A DNA stretch of 64,000 nucleotides from an uncultured Candidatus Bathyarchaeia archaeon (GTDB lineage Archaea > Thermoproteota > Bathyarchaeia > TCS64 > B23). A program made the translations under genes and the position numbers. The notes below the pieces were generated by a model that did not search any database, was not told the origin of the DNA, and saw only the letters and a program-made list of their open reading frames with translations. The DNA lies in assembly GCA_964525955.1 (NCBI GenBank), contig CAZGKJ010000001.1, positions 4,069-68,068 of the forward strand, written 5' to 3'. Numbering within the stretch: the first letter of the stretch is position 1; every line of letters starts with the position of its first letter. Shown piece after piece: positions 27,005 to 36,562 of this stretch.

Positions 27005-28462
27005 TCACACCTCCGACCTCTCAAGGTTGTATCTTTTGAAGATGGAGTTGAGCACCTCCTCAAGCGCCTGTGCCCTCTCCTCCGGCATCGGCTTGGGCTG
27101 ATGCTCCCTCAGCAGCCTCTCCACCCGTTCCTTGGCCCTGGTGATGATGTCCTTTGATCCGGCTTTCTTCCAGGCGTCTATGGTGAGTCTGCAGACCACA
27201 TCTGAGGGGATATATCTCTCTCTTCTGAAGTGCTTCATCGTATGCCTCTCACCCAGATAGTGGCCTCCTGGGCCCACCTTCTCTATGACGTCCAGAGCCA
27301 GGGTCTCCTCATCGACATCTATGCCCTCTAGGAGCCTATAGGCCATGGCGCACAGCTCGTCGTCGATGACAAGCTTCTCCAGGGACTGACAGTTCTCCTC
27401 AACCAGCATACCTGGGCCTGAGACTACGTTTACTCCCGTCAGCGCAGCCATCAAGATGCCGAGGGCTGACTCAAAGCAGCTCTGCCCGTCGACGACCTTT
27501 GAGTCGCTTAGGCCGAGGTATCCATGGGTTGGGAGTCCATAGTATTTCCCGATCTCGGCTCCTGCGCAGGCCGTCATCATCGCCTCTATGGCTCCAAGCC
27601 TCGCTGTGGCGTATCTCATGTCGAAGAGTGTTGGGGAGCCGCCGTAGACGATGGGTGTCCCAGCCCTCCTGAGCTGGGTGATGACGATGCCGGTGATGAT
27701 CTCAGCGTTCGACTGGACGAGGGTTCCGGCGAGGGTGGCGGGGCTTGTCGCCCCTATCTGAGGCGCCGGAATGATCTCAGCCGGTATCCCCCTGTCGGCG
27801 AGGTCTATGAGGTTTTGAGCCGTTACGTCGCCCCAGATGAGCGGTGATGTGGGGCAGCAGTCGAAGATGGCTCTGGGTCTGCGTCTCAACTCCTCTGGGC
27901 CTCCTACGGCTGCGTTTAGCATCTCAGCCATATCGATGAGGCCTCTCTTCGAGAATGCCCCGGTGATGATGGGCTTATCAGAATTCCTCAAAACGATATA
28001 CAGCCTATAGAGGTCTGCAACCACCTCTGGGACGTCTGAGGGGACGATGGCTGTGCTCTGAGCCTCGATGTGTTCAAGGGCATCGGCCAATCGCACCAGC
28101 TTCTCCAAGTCTCTTGAGGTTCCCCTCCTTATCTCTCCGGTCTCTGAGTCTAAGACGTATATGGCTGCTGAGCCTGGGTTGTAGACGACGTTGTCTCCTC
28201 CGATTAGGAGGGTCTTATCCCCGTCTCTGCTGTATAGCTCGATTTCGGATGGAGCCTTCTTCAGGCATTCAGTCGCCAGCTCCTCGGGTATCTTCACCCG
28301 TCTATCCTCCACTTCGCATCCATTTTCCCCAAGCAGTTTCAGGGCGTTTTCGTTTCTAACCTCTACGCCGACCCTCTCCAGAATCCTCATGGTTGAGGAG
28401 TGTATCTCCTCTATCTCCTCCCTCTCCAGAAGTCTGAATCCCCTAACCATGTCCTTCATCAA
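27005..28462 (-). CDS. MttB-superfamily methyltransferase (non-pyrrolysine quaternary-amine/trimethylamine:corrinoid methyltransferase-like)
   Basis: 485 aa with an MttB-like N-terminus ('...LLEREEIEEIHSSTMRILERVGVEV...') and a TIM-barrel body. The ORF is continuous with no in-frame TAG, so it belongs to the non-Pyl branch (MtgB/MtcB/MtpB-like). Confidence 0.7.
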   Translation of the reverse strand: MMKDMVRGFRLLEREEIEEIHSSTMRILERVGVEVRNENALKLLGENGCEVEDRRVKIPEELATECLKKAPSEIELYSRDGDKTLLIGGDNVVYNPGSAAIYVLDSETGEIRRGTSRDLEKLVRLADALEHIEAQSTAIVPSDVPEVVADLYRLYIVLRNSDKPIITGAFSKRGLIDMAEMLNAAVGGPEELRRRPRAIFDCCPTSPLIWGDVTAQNLIDLADRGIPAEIIPAPQIGATSPATLAGTLVQSNAEIITGIVITQLRRAGTPIVYGGSPTLFDMRYATARLGAIEAMMTACAGAEIGKYYGLPTHGYLGLSDSKVVDGQSCFESALGILMAALTGVNVVSGPGMLVEENCQSLEKLVIDDELCAMAYRLLEGIDVDEETLALDVIEKVGPGGHYLGERHTMKHFRRERYIPSDVVCRLTIDAWKKAGSKDIITRAKERVERLLREHQPKPMPEERAQALEEVLNSIFKRYNLERSEV

Positions 28463-28787
28463 TCTGCTCTCTAATCAATTAAGTTTGACGATAACCTCTC
28501 CAGTTGAGTATGAAGGGGTGGGGTCTCCATCACATCGCCCTGCATAGGCGTGGGATTTAGGGTGACGCTCTGGAAATAACTTTAAGTGTGAAGCTATACT
28601 TCTAGGCACCCACTCCCCTTAATTAGGAGCTGTTGTGAAACGCTTCTAAAAATGGTTGATATGCGAACTCTTAACGAGTTATTCTGGCCCTTTCCGTTCT
28701 GAATCTGACCAACTGGACTAATTCGTGGTAGAGGTTTTTAATGTCACTTGGATTTAACCCTAGAGGTTGAAGTATGTATTTCTCCAT

Positions 28788-31658
28788 CTAATATCTGACG
28801 GGATTTCGGGCTTCATGCTCTATATCCATGGGCCTCATCGAGAGAAGCTTTTCAACGGTCTCTAAGAAGTCTCTCGTTTCTCCTCTTCTATCCAACTCGT
28901 CTCGAAGCCATAGAGGATCTATAACAGGTATGCATTCATAGTCTATTACGTTAACGTCTAGAGCACCTTGACCAAGGTTTGTTCGACCGATAACCTCCAT
29001 ACTAGTGTAGGTGGTTATAGAGTTTAATGTAGCAAAGATGAAGCGTGGGTCTAGACTCTTATACTTATCTTTTAACCTTCCTCCGAAAAATCTCTTGTCT
29101 ATCTGCGCACCAGTAATATTGTTCATGTATATTGCGAAATTCTTGTGAATTGCATTTTTAAATATGAACATCGCTCCAGAGGTATCTGGCAATCTAACCC
29201 ACGTCGGCTCATCTATATATTTGACGATGGTTGGGAACCTCCTATTTGTTTTATGTTCTTCGATCACGAATCTATGGCACCATTCCACATAACGTTTAAT
29301 ACCAGGTGCATCTACATCATTAATATTCCCTACCCATATAACGTAATCATCCCTTCTCCGTCTAGGAAGTCTATCTATCCTATAAGTTGAACCTCGAATA
29401 TGTGCGAGTCTCATAAGAGGTCTTAAATACCGTTTTTCCAGCTTCAAAAGTGTTCTAGATATAACACTTTTAAGCTCTAGATAGTTTTCGTCCTCCCTAT
29501 AATACCTCCAGTACTTCGATGGGAGATAGAATAGTTCATTCGCATTAGTAGTGAGTCCTCGATATATTTCAAGCACATCTTTCAATAACACCATTGGTAT
29601 TTCATCTCTGATAAAACCGAATATAAGATTGAGGTATGTTTTTGATCCTCTGAATATACCCCACTTCCCTAGCCTCTCTTCAATCTCCTGAAGGGCTCTC
29701 TTTCTAACGGCTATAACTCTCATATCCTCATTCTCTAGGATCGAATAATTTTCAGCTTCGAGACTACACGAGTCTGCATAAGAGTAAAGACCCTCTATTC
29801 CCTCATAATACCTCTCGTTAGCTGTATAGTCCACAGATGGAGGTGGATCTCCTATTAAGCTTCGCAGAGGCTTCTTAAGGAAGATGAACCTTAATACATG
29901 ATCTGGACTCCTATCTTTTTCAGCAACTATGATATTAGTTATTATCTCAGCATCTTCAAACCACTTCTCAACAAGTGACTCCACAACATAGTGGATCATG
30001 AAGTTTTCCATAAGCCATCTCTTTAAAGGCGAACCATACTCAGCGTTCATCCAAGAGTTTTCAACTATAAACCCTAGTCTCCCCCCTTCCTCCAGTAGTT
30101 TCCCCCCTCCAACTAGGAAGTAAGCGTATATCGAAGCCTTCTTGCTCCAGCCTGAGATATCTGATACCGCCTTCATGAGATACTCCTTATATCTTCTGTC
30201 GTAAAACGCCATAGCCATCTCCTCTTGTCTGGTATACGGTGGATTGGTGACGACATAACTGTACCCTGGGGGGAGCTCTATTTTGAAGAAGTCGCCGTGA
30301 TGAATCTTAGGAGTATACCTGTACATTTTCTTAATCTCTTCAAGTGCTTGAATGTATAGGTTGATCTTGGAGAGCATGGAAGCTAGCTTATCTATGTCAA
30401 TCCCCTCAACGAACTCGAAGACATCCCTCTCTAAACCATATTTTATTCTCCAGAGGTTTAAAGCTCTGACCAGGAAAGTGCCAGAACCACAGGCTAGATC
30501 TAAAATGCGACCAGGTTTATCTAATGTAGCTGTGAGTATGAGGTCTACGATCTTTGTGTCTGTGTAATGCTGCCCTAAAAGATGTCTCCTCTCTTCATAA
30601 ATCAGCCCCTCGAAAATCCTACCGATCACGTCTACGTTTATCTCGCCCCACCGTATCTGATTAAGATAGGAGAGGAGTTGTTTTATCGATGATAAGGAAG
30701 GCTCTACGATAGGAAGTCTATCCACAACATTTGTGCCAAATATCTCCTCAAAGTCGCCGGTTCTCTCAATCGCATACTCAAATAACATATCGAATATTTT
30801 CTTAAATAGCTGTGCATCCGATATGTCGCCTATGGAGGAAAGGTTTTCACGTAGTTTAGCAGCCATTTCAGCATCTATACTTTGAAGCACCATATAGAAG
30901 AGCATTTTAAGCGATAAAGTGTAAAGCTGTTCCTTCAACATCAACATAAGATAGTTCCGAAGCTCGGAGTCATTTCGAGGGCTTTCAAGCCCCCTTTCCT
31001 TTCGCCAACTCTCAAAGCACTTTCTCACCTCTAATTCGCTTCGATATAAATACTCAAGCCTGGTTAACCCCCGTGATGCTCCCTCCTCAATATACCTTCT
31101 TATAGTATAGATAACCTCCGTGCTTAGATCAAGTGTTTTCCCTTCAAGGATTTCCCTAAACCTAAGTAAGAACATTTCAAGATTCCTTCTGGCTTCTCTA
31201 TTCACAGATATCTGCTTATAATCATTTATTGACCTAACCCATGGCATTATCTGAAATGGAAAATCAGAAACAGGAACCCAAATCCTTGTACGCCTCCCAT
31301 GAATATACTCCAAAAGAGTAGGTTGACGCTTCCTAAAAGTAATATATCTGAAGACTTTCAAATATCGCATGTTATGTGTCGCATAAAACTGTAAACCCAT
31401 GTTCTTCCTATACCATTCAGCATATCTTAAAGCCTGCTCGTTCAACTCAGGATCACTTAGTAGAATTTCCGGTCTCTTAACCTCGATCACAGCCACGGGT
31501 TCACCCTTATAGTAAAGTTTAACGTCAGGCTTACCGGAAGGGGTGCGCCAGTTGGCTTCGGCATCAAAGCCTAAACCTTCTCCTACTTCCTTAATAACAG
31601 AGATGAGTTCCGTTACATAGGTCTCTTCTGTAGGCTCCTCAACCATAATATTCAACAA
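28788..31658 (-). CDS. Type IIG restriction-modification enzyme (fused PD-(D/E)xK endonuclease + gamma-class N6-adenine DNA methyltransferase + TRD; MmeI-like)
   Basis: The N-terminus has 'GKPDVKLYYKGEPVAVIEVKRPE' (PD...EVK nuclease motif). The central MTase has motif I 'LDLACGSGTFL' and motif IV 'VVTNPPYT'. The 956-aa single polypeptide is markedly more AT-rich than its flanks. Confidence 0.75.
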   Translation of the reverse strand: MLNIMVEEPTEETYVTELISVIKEVGEGLGFDAEANWRTPSGKPDVKLYYKGEPVAVIEVKRPEILLSDPELNEQALRYAEWYRKNMGLQFYATHNMRYLKVFRYITFRKRQPTLLEYIHGRRTRIWVPVSDFPFQIMPWVRSINDYKQISVNREARRNLEMFLLRFREILEGKTLDLSTEVIYTIRRYIEEGASRGLTRLEYLYRSELEVRKCFESWRKERGLESPRNDSELRNYLMLMLKEQLYTLSLKMLFYMVLQSIDAEMAAKLRENLSSIGDISDAQLFKKIFDMLFEYAIERTGDFEEIFGTNVVDRLPIVEPSLSSIKQLLSYLNQIRWGEINVDVIGRIFEGLIYEERRHLLGQHYTDTKIVDLILTATLDKPGRILDLACGSGTFLVRALNLWRIKYGLERDVFEFVEGIDIDKLASMLSKINLYIQALEEIKKMYRYTPKIHHGDFFKIELPPGYSYVVTNPPYTRQEEMAMAFYDRRYKEYLMKAVSDISGWSKKASIYAYFLVGGGKLLEEGGRLGFIVENSWMNAEYGSPLKRWLMENFMIHYVVESLVEKWFEDAEIITNIIVAEKDRSPDHVLRFIFLKKPLRSLIGDPPPSVDYTANERYYEGIEGLYSYADSCSLEAENYSILENEDMRVIAVRKRALQEIEERLGKWGIFRGSKTYLNLIFGFIRDEIPMVLLKDVLEIYRGLTTNANELFYLPSKYWRYYREDENYLELKSVISRTLLKLEKRYLRPLMRLAHIRGSTYRIDRLPRRRRDDYVIWVGNINDVDAPGIKRYVEWCHRFVIEEHKTNRRFPTIVKYIDEPTWVRLPDTSGAMFIFKNAIHKNFAIYMNNITGAQIDKRFFGGRLKDKYKSLDPRFIFATLNSITTYTSMEVIGRTNLGQGALDVNVIDYECIPVIDPLWLRDELDRRGETRDFLETVEKLLSMRPMDIEHEARNPVRY

Positions 31659-31753
31659 TCATTAACTAAATACAACTTATAAACTAATCCAAATCGCCCT
31701 CCCTTGCTAAGGGTGTAAAGCCTAGCCTAAATAGAGGGAAAATTCTGGGGCCT

Positions 31754-32500
31754 TCATACTCCTATGCAGGGCGCCAGGTAGTAGATGAGCTTCCCCTTCG
31801 GTATCTCGAAGTTCAGCTTGATGGGCATATCCGTTGAGAGCTCCAGTGTGGCTACCTCGCTGGAGGCTGAGGCCGCATTTATGATGTCTTGGAGGTAGCT
31901 TAGGGTGAAGGTGGCTGAGCTCGGCTCCTCCACCTTCAGCTCCAATAGGTCTTCGGCCTCGAGTGTCCAGACGCTGGAGACGCTTCCGATGTCGCCCTCG
32001 GCGCTGATCTTGAATTCCTCCTCGTTGATCTCCAGCTTCACATGCTCCCCGACGAGGGAGGCATCCTTAATCGCCCTCTTCAGGCTTGGGGTCAGTATCC
32101 TCGCTGAGGCTTTGAAGAATATCTTCGGCGTCGGGGTCTCCTCTTCCAGGGGTTCGAGGAGGGGCATGAGGAATCTCCGCTTGTGGCCTCCCCTCATACA
32201 CTCTATGGAGAGCCTCCCCTCCTGGAGGGTCATCTTAACCTGCTCCCCCCTCTCAACCCTGTCGAGGAATTTCAGGAGCTCCCTTATGTTGACGGTCAGC
32301 CTCGTCTCCTCATCGCAGAGATATTCATCGAAGAAGTCCCTCGGCAATTCGAAGTCCACCATGGCGACGTGGCTTGGATCCATGGCGAGGAGCTTCATCT
32401 CCTCCTCATCGATGTTGAAGCTCCCCTCCTCCACGATGACGGAGAGGGCCTTAACGAGCCTCTTGAAGGCGTCTATGCTGGAGAGCTGAACCTCGAACAA
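31754..32500 (-). CDS. pcna: DNA polymerase sliding clamp PCNA
   Basis: A 248-aa protein with PCNA-like N- and C-terminal domains ('MFEVQLSSIDAFKRLVKALSVIVEEGSFNIDEEEMKL...'). Confidence 0.85.
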   Translation of the reverse strand: MFEVQLSSIDAFKRLVKALSVIVEEGSFNIDEEEMKLLAMDPSHVAMVDFELPRDFFDEYLCDEETRLTVNIRELLKFLDRVERGEQVKMTLQEGRLSIECMRGGHKRRFLMPLLEPLEEETPTPKIFFKASARILTPSLKRAIKDASLVGEHVKLEINEEEFKISAEGDIGSVSSVWTLEAEDLLELKVEEPSSATFTLSYLQDIINAASASSEVATLELSTDMPIKLNFEIPKGKLIYYLAPCIGV

Positions 32501-32560
32501 GGCCTTTCACCCTATTGATTGCGACGCTAAATAATTGGGTGATGATGTTTAAATCCTTTC

Positions 32561-32881
32561 TCAGGTGTATTCACGCCAGGTGTAGCCGCATTTAGTGCAG
32601 CGGTAGAACTGGGTGGTGCTCTCATCGATGCCCCTGGTCTGAACCATCCACCAGTAGGCCTTGTTGTTTCCACATTTGGGGCATTCGACGGTGACCTGAG
32701 GCATGGTTCTGAGGTTCCTCTCCTCCTCTCCAACCATCACGATCTTATCGGTCTCAGGTGTGCTCTTCTGATAGAGGATGTCTGCCTCCATCGATTCCTC
32801 GTATCCGCATCTTGGACATCTATATGCCCTCTCCTTCCTGTCGAATATGAGGGCTGAACCACACTTCGGGCAGAACCTCAT
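32561..32881 (-). CDS. tfs: Transcription factor S (TFS)/RNA polymerase subunit M
   Basis: An N-terminal Zn-ribbon 'CPKCGS...CPRCG' and a C-terminal TFIIS-type ribbon 'CPKCGN...QTRGIDESTTQFYRCTKCGYTW'. Confidence 0.85.
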   Translation of the reverse strand: MRFCPKCGSALIFDRKERAYRCPRCGYEESMEADILYQKSTPETDKIVMVGEEERNLRTMPQVTVECPKCGNNKAYWWMVQTRGIDESTTQFYRCTKCGYTWREYT

Positions 32882-32929
32882 CTCCTTAGAACCTCTCCCA
32901 GCGTTTTCCTTTACGCCTATAACCGCCTT

Positions 32930-33454
32930 TTAAGTCTTTTGATCGAGGGCTGAGGCTATAATCCCCGCAACCCTCAAGGCCTCCGGCATCTCCTCCCCCT
33001 CCCTCGTCGCAACCCTGAGGATCGAGGCGGCCTCCCTGCTTCTGAGACCTATTGAGAGAACCCTTAGCCTTCGACACCCCAGCTTCATCTCGAAGTCTAT
33101 CGAGTATATCCCCTCCGGAGGCTGGGGCCATGAAGAATCTATGGATAAGGCGATGACGGGCCTCTCAGCCTCCCTGCACAGCCTATATGGATTCAGCCTT
33201 AGACCTCCGAGGAGCTCCTGGTGGAGGGTGATAACCCTGATCTGGGGGTGGTGGCTTGACCCCCTGATCATCTCCACAACTCTCTGGGTTGGGTCGGCTT
33301 CTCCTCCCTGGATGTTTGTGGCGATGACTCCGTCAAGCCATAGGGAGCCTCTGTAGATGACTCCCACAACGGTTTGAGGCTCCCCCCTCTTCTTGGAGGC
33401 GATGCCTAAAACCCTTATTTCCCTCTTAACCTTCCTAATCCTCGCTATCTCCAT
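32930..33454 (-). CDS. DUF99/UPF0215-family protein
   Basis: 'VLGIASKKRGEPQTVVGVIYRGSLWLDGV' resembles the DUF99 N-terminal pattern. Confidence 0.45.
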   Translation of the reverse strand: MEIARIRKVKREIRVLGIASKKRGEPQTVVGVIYRGSLWLDGVIATNIQGGEADPTQRVVEMIRGSSHHPQIRVITLHQELLGGLRLNPYRLCREAERPVIALSIDSSWPQPPEGIYSIDFEMKLGCRRLRVLSIGLRSREAASILRVATREGEEMPEALRVAGIIASALDQKT

Positions 33455-33743
33455 CGCCCTTAATTCGCTCCAGCTCCTCTTTGAAGGCTGAGAGGAACTC
33501 CTTAAGCTCCCCCTTAGCCCTCTCAGCTGCGTCGATGATGGCCTGTTCAGGGGTTTTATCCCCCTTCATCTCTATGAAGAGGATGGAGTAGTCCATTAGG
33601 GGGTGGGGCTTGGCGTATCCAGCCATCTTCACCTCCTCATCCCTCAGTAGGGAGCTCTGGAGGAGGTTCAACAGCGTATGCCCCTCCCCTCCCACCGCCA
33701 GCTCGAGGTGGCCTTCCCTACGTTTAAGAACCTTCAATCTCAT
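33435..33743 (-). CDS. rpoL: DNA-directed RNA polymerase subunit L (Rpb11 homolog)
   Basis: '...GHTLLNLLQSSLLRDEEVKMAGYAKPHPL...' is the RpoL signature, and the gene is adjacent to Csl4 as in other archaea. Confidence 0.8.
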   Translation of the reverse strand: MRLKVLKRREGHLELAVGGEGHTLLNLLQSSLLRDEEVKMAGYAKPHPLMDYSILFIEMKGDKTPEQAIIDAAERAKGELKEFLSAFKEELERIKGDGDSED

Positions 33744-34330
33744 GCCAACTCCTCCATCCCATAGGTCTTGGCGATCTTCCTCCTCTCAACCCTGCCGCAT
33801 CGGGGGCAGATAAGTCTCATCCCCCTCTGCTGAAGCAGTGAGCCACACTTTGAGCAGAAGGCGTATATGACGCCGTATCTCGCCCCCTCTATGGAGAGCT
33901 GTATAAACCTATTCCTCGTGTTTATCACCCGTGCCTTCACTATATCACCGCTTCTAAGGGCTAGATTCATATTCTTCACTTCCAGCCCAACGCTGGAGAT
34001 GTGGATCACCCCAGTGAAGGGAGGTGAGACCTCCACACCCCTTATGTAGAATATCTCGACATTCGCCGTCCTCCTCTTCACGGAGCCGACCTCGCCGATG
34101 ACGTCTAAACCCTCCACGGGGAGGATGGGCGTCCTCGTCCTCTTCGAGACCCTAACCTCCCTCCGCTCCAGGTCGAATTTGACGTCTCCAAGCTCAGCTG
34201 AGCGGACGACGCCATCCTCCTCATAGGCCCCAGGGCCATTAAGGAACTCCTCTATCACAGCGAGCTTATCCCCCGGGAAGACGAGTCCGCTTCTCAGCCC
34301 CTTCACACCCCTCGACATGGCGGCCTCCAC
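33740..34330 (-). CDS. csl4: Exosome complex subunit Csl4
   Basis: An S1 domain plus a C-terminal Zn-ribbon 'CSKCGS...CPRCG'. Confidence 0.8.
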   Translation of the reverse strand: MEAAMSRGVKGLRSGLVFPGDKLAVIEEFLNGPGAYEEDGVVRSAELGDVKFDLERREVRVSKRTRTPILPVEGLDVIGEVGSVKRRTANVEIFYIRGVEVSPPFTGVIHISSVGLEVKNMNLALRSGDIVKARVINTRNRFIQLSIEGARYGVIYAFCSKCGSLLQQRGMRLICPRCGRVERRKIAKTYGMEELA

Positions 34331-34362
34331 CGGTCGCCCAACTAATTCTCATCGGCCTCAAT

Positions 34363-35001
34363 TTAAACCCTTAGGCCCTCAACCCTATAGAGATCAACCT
34401 CTACAAGTCTCTTGGATTTACGGTGAAACCTGAACATGTGGGGTATCTCCATCTCCATCTTGAATATGGCTGAGACCCTCCCCCCACTCCGCTCTATATA
34501 TCTCCGTATGAACTCCCTCGTGCTGCTCTTATGTATGCTGTAAATCGCCCTCGCAACTCTCAGAGCCTCTTCGAGGAACTCTACGTCGGCGTGTCGACGC
34601 CTCGTTCCGAAGGGTGGATTCATCACGACGGTGTCGAAGACGGCTCTGAGGGGGGCGATGTCGCCGATGATGAGATGGAGTCGATCAAGGACTCCAGCCC
34701 TTAGAGCGTTCTCCCTCGCTGTGGAGATTGCTGTTGGGTCGATGTCGACTCCTACGACGGCCTCCGCGTCGAGCATCAGGGCCCCTATGCCCAGACGCCC
34801 AGTGCCGCAGCCGAGGTCTGCGATGAGCCTCCCCTTTATGTCATCGTAGATGTATCGGGCTGTGAAGAGGAGTTCGGCTGCCACCTTCGGCGGCGTCGTA
34901 TACTGCTCCAGCCATGGATCTGGATGTGGATGTGGCTTTAGGCTTCTCAGGGCCTCCTCCAGCCTTCTCCTGGGTATGATGCCTTCAGCATCTCCCCCCA
35001 C
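34363..35001 (-). CDS. N6-adenine-type (NPPF) RNA/protein methyltransferase, class I SAM-dependent
   Basis: Motif I 'IADLGCGTGRLG' and motif IV 'VVMNPPFG'. The start is uncertain: GTG ~35001, or the track's ATG 35091, which overlaps dph2 by 144 nt. Confidence 0.65.
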   Translation of the reverse strand: MGGDAEGIIPRRRLEEALRSLKPHPHPDPWLEQYTTPPKVAAELLFTARYIYDDIKGRLIADLGCGTGRLGIGALMLDAEAVVGVDIDPTAISTARENALRAGVLDRLHLIIGDIAPLRAVFDTVVMNPPFGTRRRHADVEFLEEALRVARAIYSIHKSSTREFIRRYIERSGGRVSAIFKMEMEIPHMFRFHRKSKRLVEVDLYRVEGLRV

Positions 35002-35975
35002 CCTATCACCCCCATCATGGCGTAGGCCTCTCTCAGGGTGATCATCGGCCTCCTGAGGTCTGGTAGGCCGTCTATGGCGATTCTTGGGCATGCCGTATCT
35101 ATGAAGGCGTCGAACTCCGTGAAGTCGTTTAGGGTTTCAGCCCTCACGACGTCGAGGGTGATGATGCCTGCTCTATATCCCCTATCCTCCAGCTTCCTCC
35201 TCAGCCTCTCAGCCTCCCTGATTCTATTCTGACCCGGCTTAACGCTGACGATGATCCCTATGCTCCTCGCCCTCCTCACCCCCTCTACGGCGGCCATCCT
35301 CCTCCTCACCATCCTCATCATCTCCTCACGCCCTATCCTGGACACCTCTCCGGTGTAGGGGTCTGCGGCCACAACCTCCCTATCCGTAGCGAGGGCGAGG
35401 CCGAGGGGGTGGAAGCGTCCACCGCCGATGAAGAGGAATCCGTCAACCGCCTCAGCTATGGATTGGGCTGTTGAGTAGTCGCAGCCTAACACCTGTCCAT
35501 CATAGGGAGTCCATCTCCTTCCCCCGCCGATTTTGGGTGTGAATCCCCGACGCCTCAGGTATTCAGCCACCTCCCGTAGTAGGTGGACGTGCTGGATCGT
35601 CGACGCCAGGCCGATTCTCCTCCAGTCTTCGAGTTGATTGATGGCCTTGTTTAGGAGCTCCTCCACGTCGAAGTCGGCTCTCAGCTCCACGTAGACGACT
35701 GGTATCCCCATGTCGGGGAGCATCCTATTATGGCCGTAGTGAACTATGAGGTCTACGCCGAGGCTCTCCGCCTCATGTATGGCGATGTCGCATCCCCCAT
35801 AGCAGGTTCCACCGGAGATGTAGACCGTGGCATCGACCTCGGCCTCTATCTCCCTCGCCAGCCGGAGGGCCCTGGGCCTCAAGCCCTCTGGTAGCTGTAT
35901 CAGAACCCTCTTGGCCCCCCTCTCAGCTATCTCGTCGATGACTCTCCCAATCTCGAAGTTGTAGGAGACCGTCAA
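34947..35975 (-). CDS. dph2: Diphthamide biosynthesis enzyme Dph2 (2-(3-amino-3-carboxypropyl)histidine synthase)
   Basis: Overall similarity plus the conserved cysteines of this radical-SAM-like family ('...VYISGGTCYGGCD...'). Confidence 0.8.
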   Translation of the reverse strand: MTVSYNFEIGRVIDEIAERGAKRVLIQLPEGLRPRALRLAREIEAEVDATVYISGGTCYGGCDIAIHEAESLGVDLIVHYGHNRMLPDMGIPVVYVELRADFDVEELLNKAINQLEDWRRIGLASTIQHVHLLREVAEYLRRRGFTPKIGGGRRWTPYDGQVLGCDYSTAQSIAEAVDGFLFIGGGRFHPLGLALATDREVVAADPYTGEVSRIGREEMMRMVRRRMAAVEGVRRARSIGIIVSVKPGQNRIREAERLRRKLEDRGYRAGIITLDVVRAETLNDFTEFDAFIDTACPRIAIDGLPDLRRPMITLREAYAMMGVIGWGEMLKASYPGEGWRRP

Positions 35976-36016
35976 CCCTATCCAGTTTAGGGGTTTGAGG
36001 CTTATAATCTGCCGTC

Positions 36017-36532
36017 TTAGTGGGCTGTGGAGAGTGGGGTGATCCTGATCCTGCAGGGTATCGGGAATTTGGCTGAGGCCCTCCTCAAGGCCTCCTTGGC
36101 GATGTTCACCGAGTCTCCATCCACCTTTACGATCATAAGTCTCTGTCCACGTCTAACCCTCGCCGCCGTTCCAGCTGGCTTGCCATAGGGTCTTCGCATC
36201 CCATCCTGGAATCTGTCTGCCTGGGCGACGGCGAGCCTCCTCTTCTCCCTCAAAATGTGATGTGGATAGGGGACGATCTGGAGGAGGTAGTTATCCCTCC
36301 CCAGATTCCTCTCCAGATACCTGTTGGCGGCCAGCCTCGCAGCTTCGAGGGCGTTATGCCTTATCTGGGCGTCCTTCAGGTTTAGGAGCTCCACAAGGTA
36401 TTCATACTCCCTGTTTGGGTTTCCCATGGTGAACTTGACTATTCTGAGGCCTGGGACTCCCCCTATATACTCCCTCCTGGTGTAGGGCATCCTCTTTATC
36501 GGCCTATAGTTCCTCGCCCTCAAATCCATCAA
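36017..36532 (-). CDS. rpl10e: Ribosomal protein L10e (uL16)
   Basis: '...NYRPIKRMPYTRREYIGGVPGLRIVKF.MGN...' is L10e-like. Confidence 0.85.
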   Translation of the reverse strand: MMDLRARNYRPIKRMPYTRREYIGGVPGLRIVKFTMGNPNREYEYLVELLNLKDAQIRHNALEAARLAANRYLERNLGRDNYLLQIVPYPHHILREKRRLAVAQADRFQDGMRRPYGKPAGTAARVRRGQRLMIVKVDGDSVNIAKEALRRASAKFPIPCRIRITPLSTAH

Positions 36533-36562
36533 TCCTCCCCTATGGAGATTTAAAAAGCTGAC

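Noticed and set aside
27005-28462. Pyrrolysine (in-frame TAG) in the MttB-family gene
   Set aside because: The ORF is uninterrupted over 485 codons with no internal amber, so it belongs to the non-Pyl branch.
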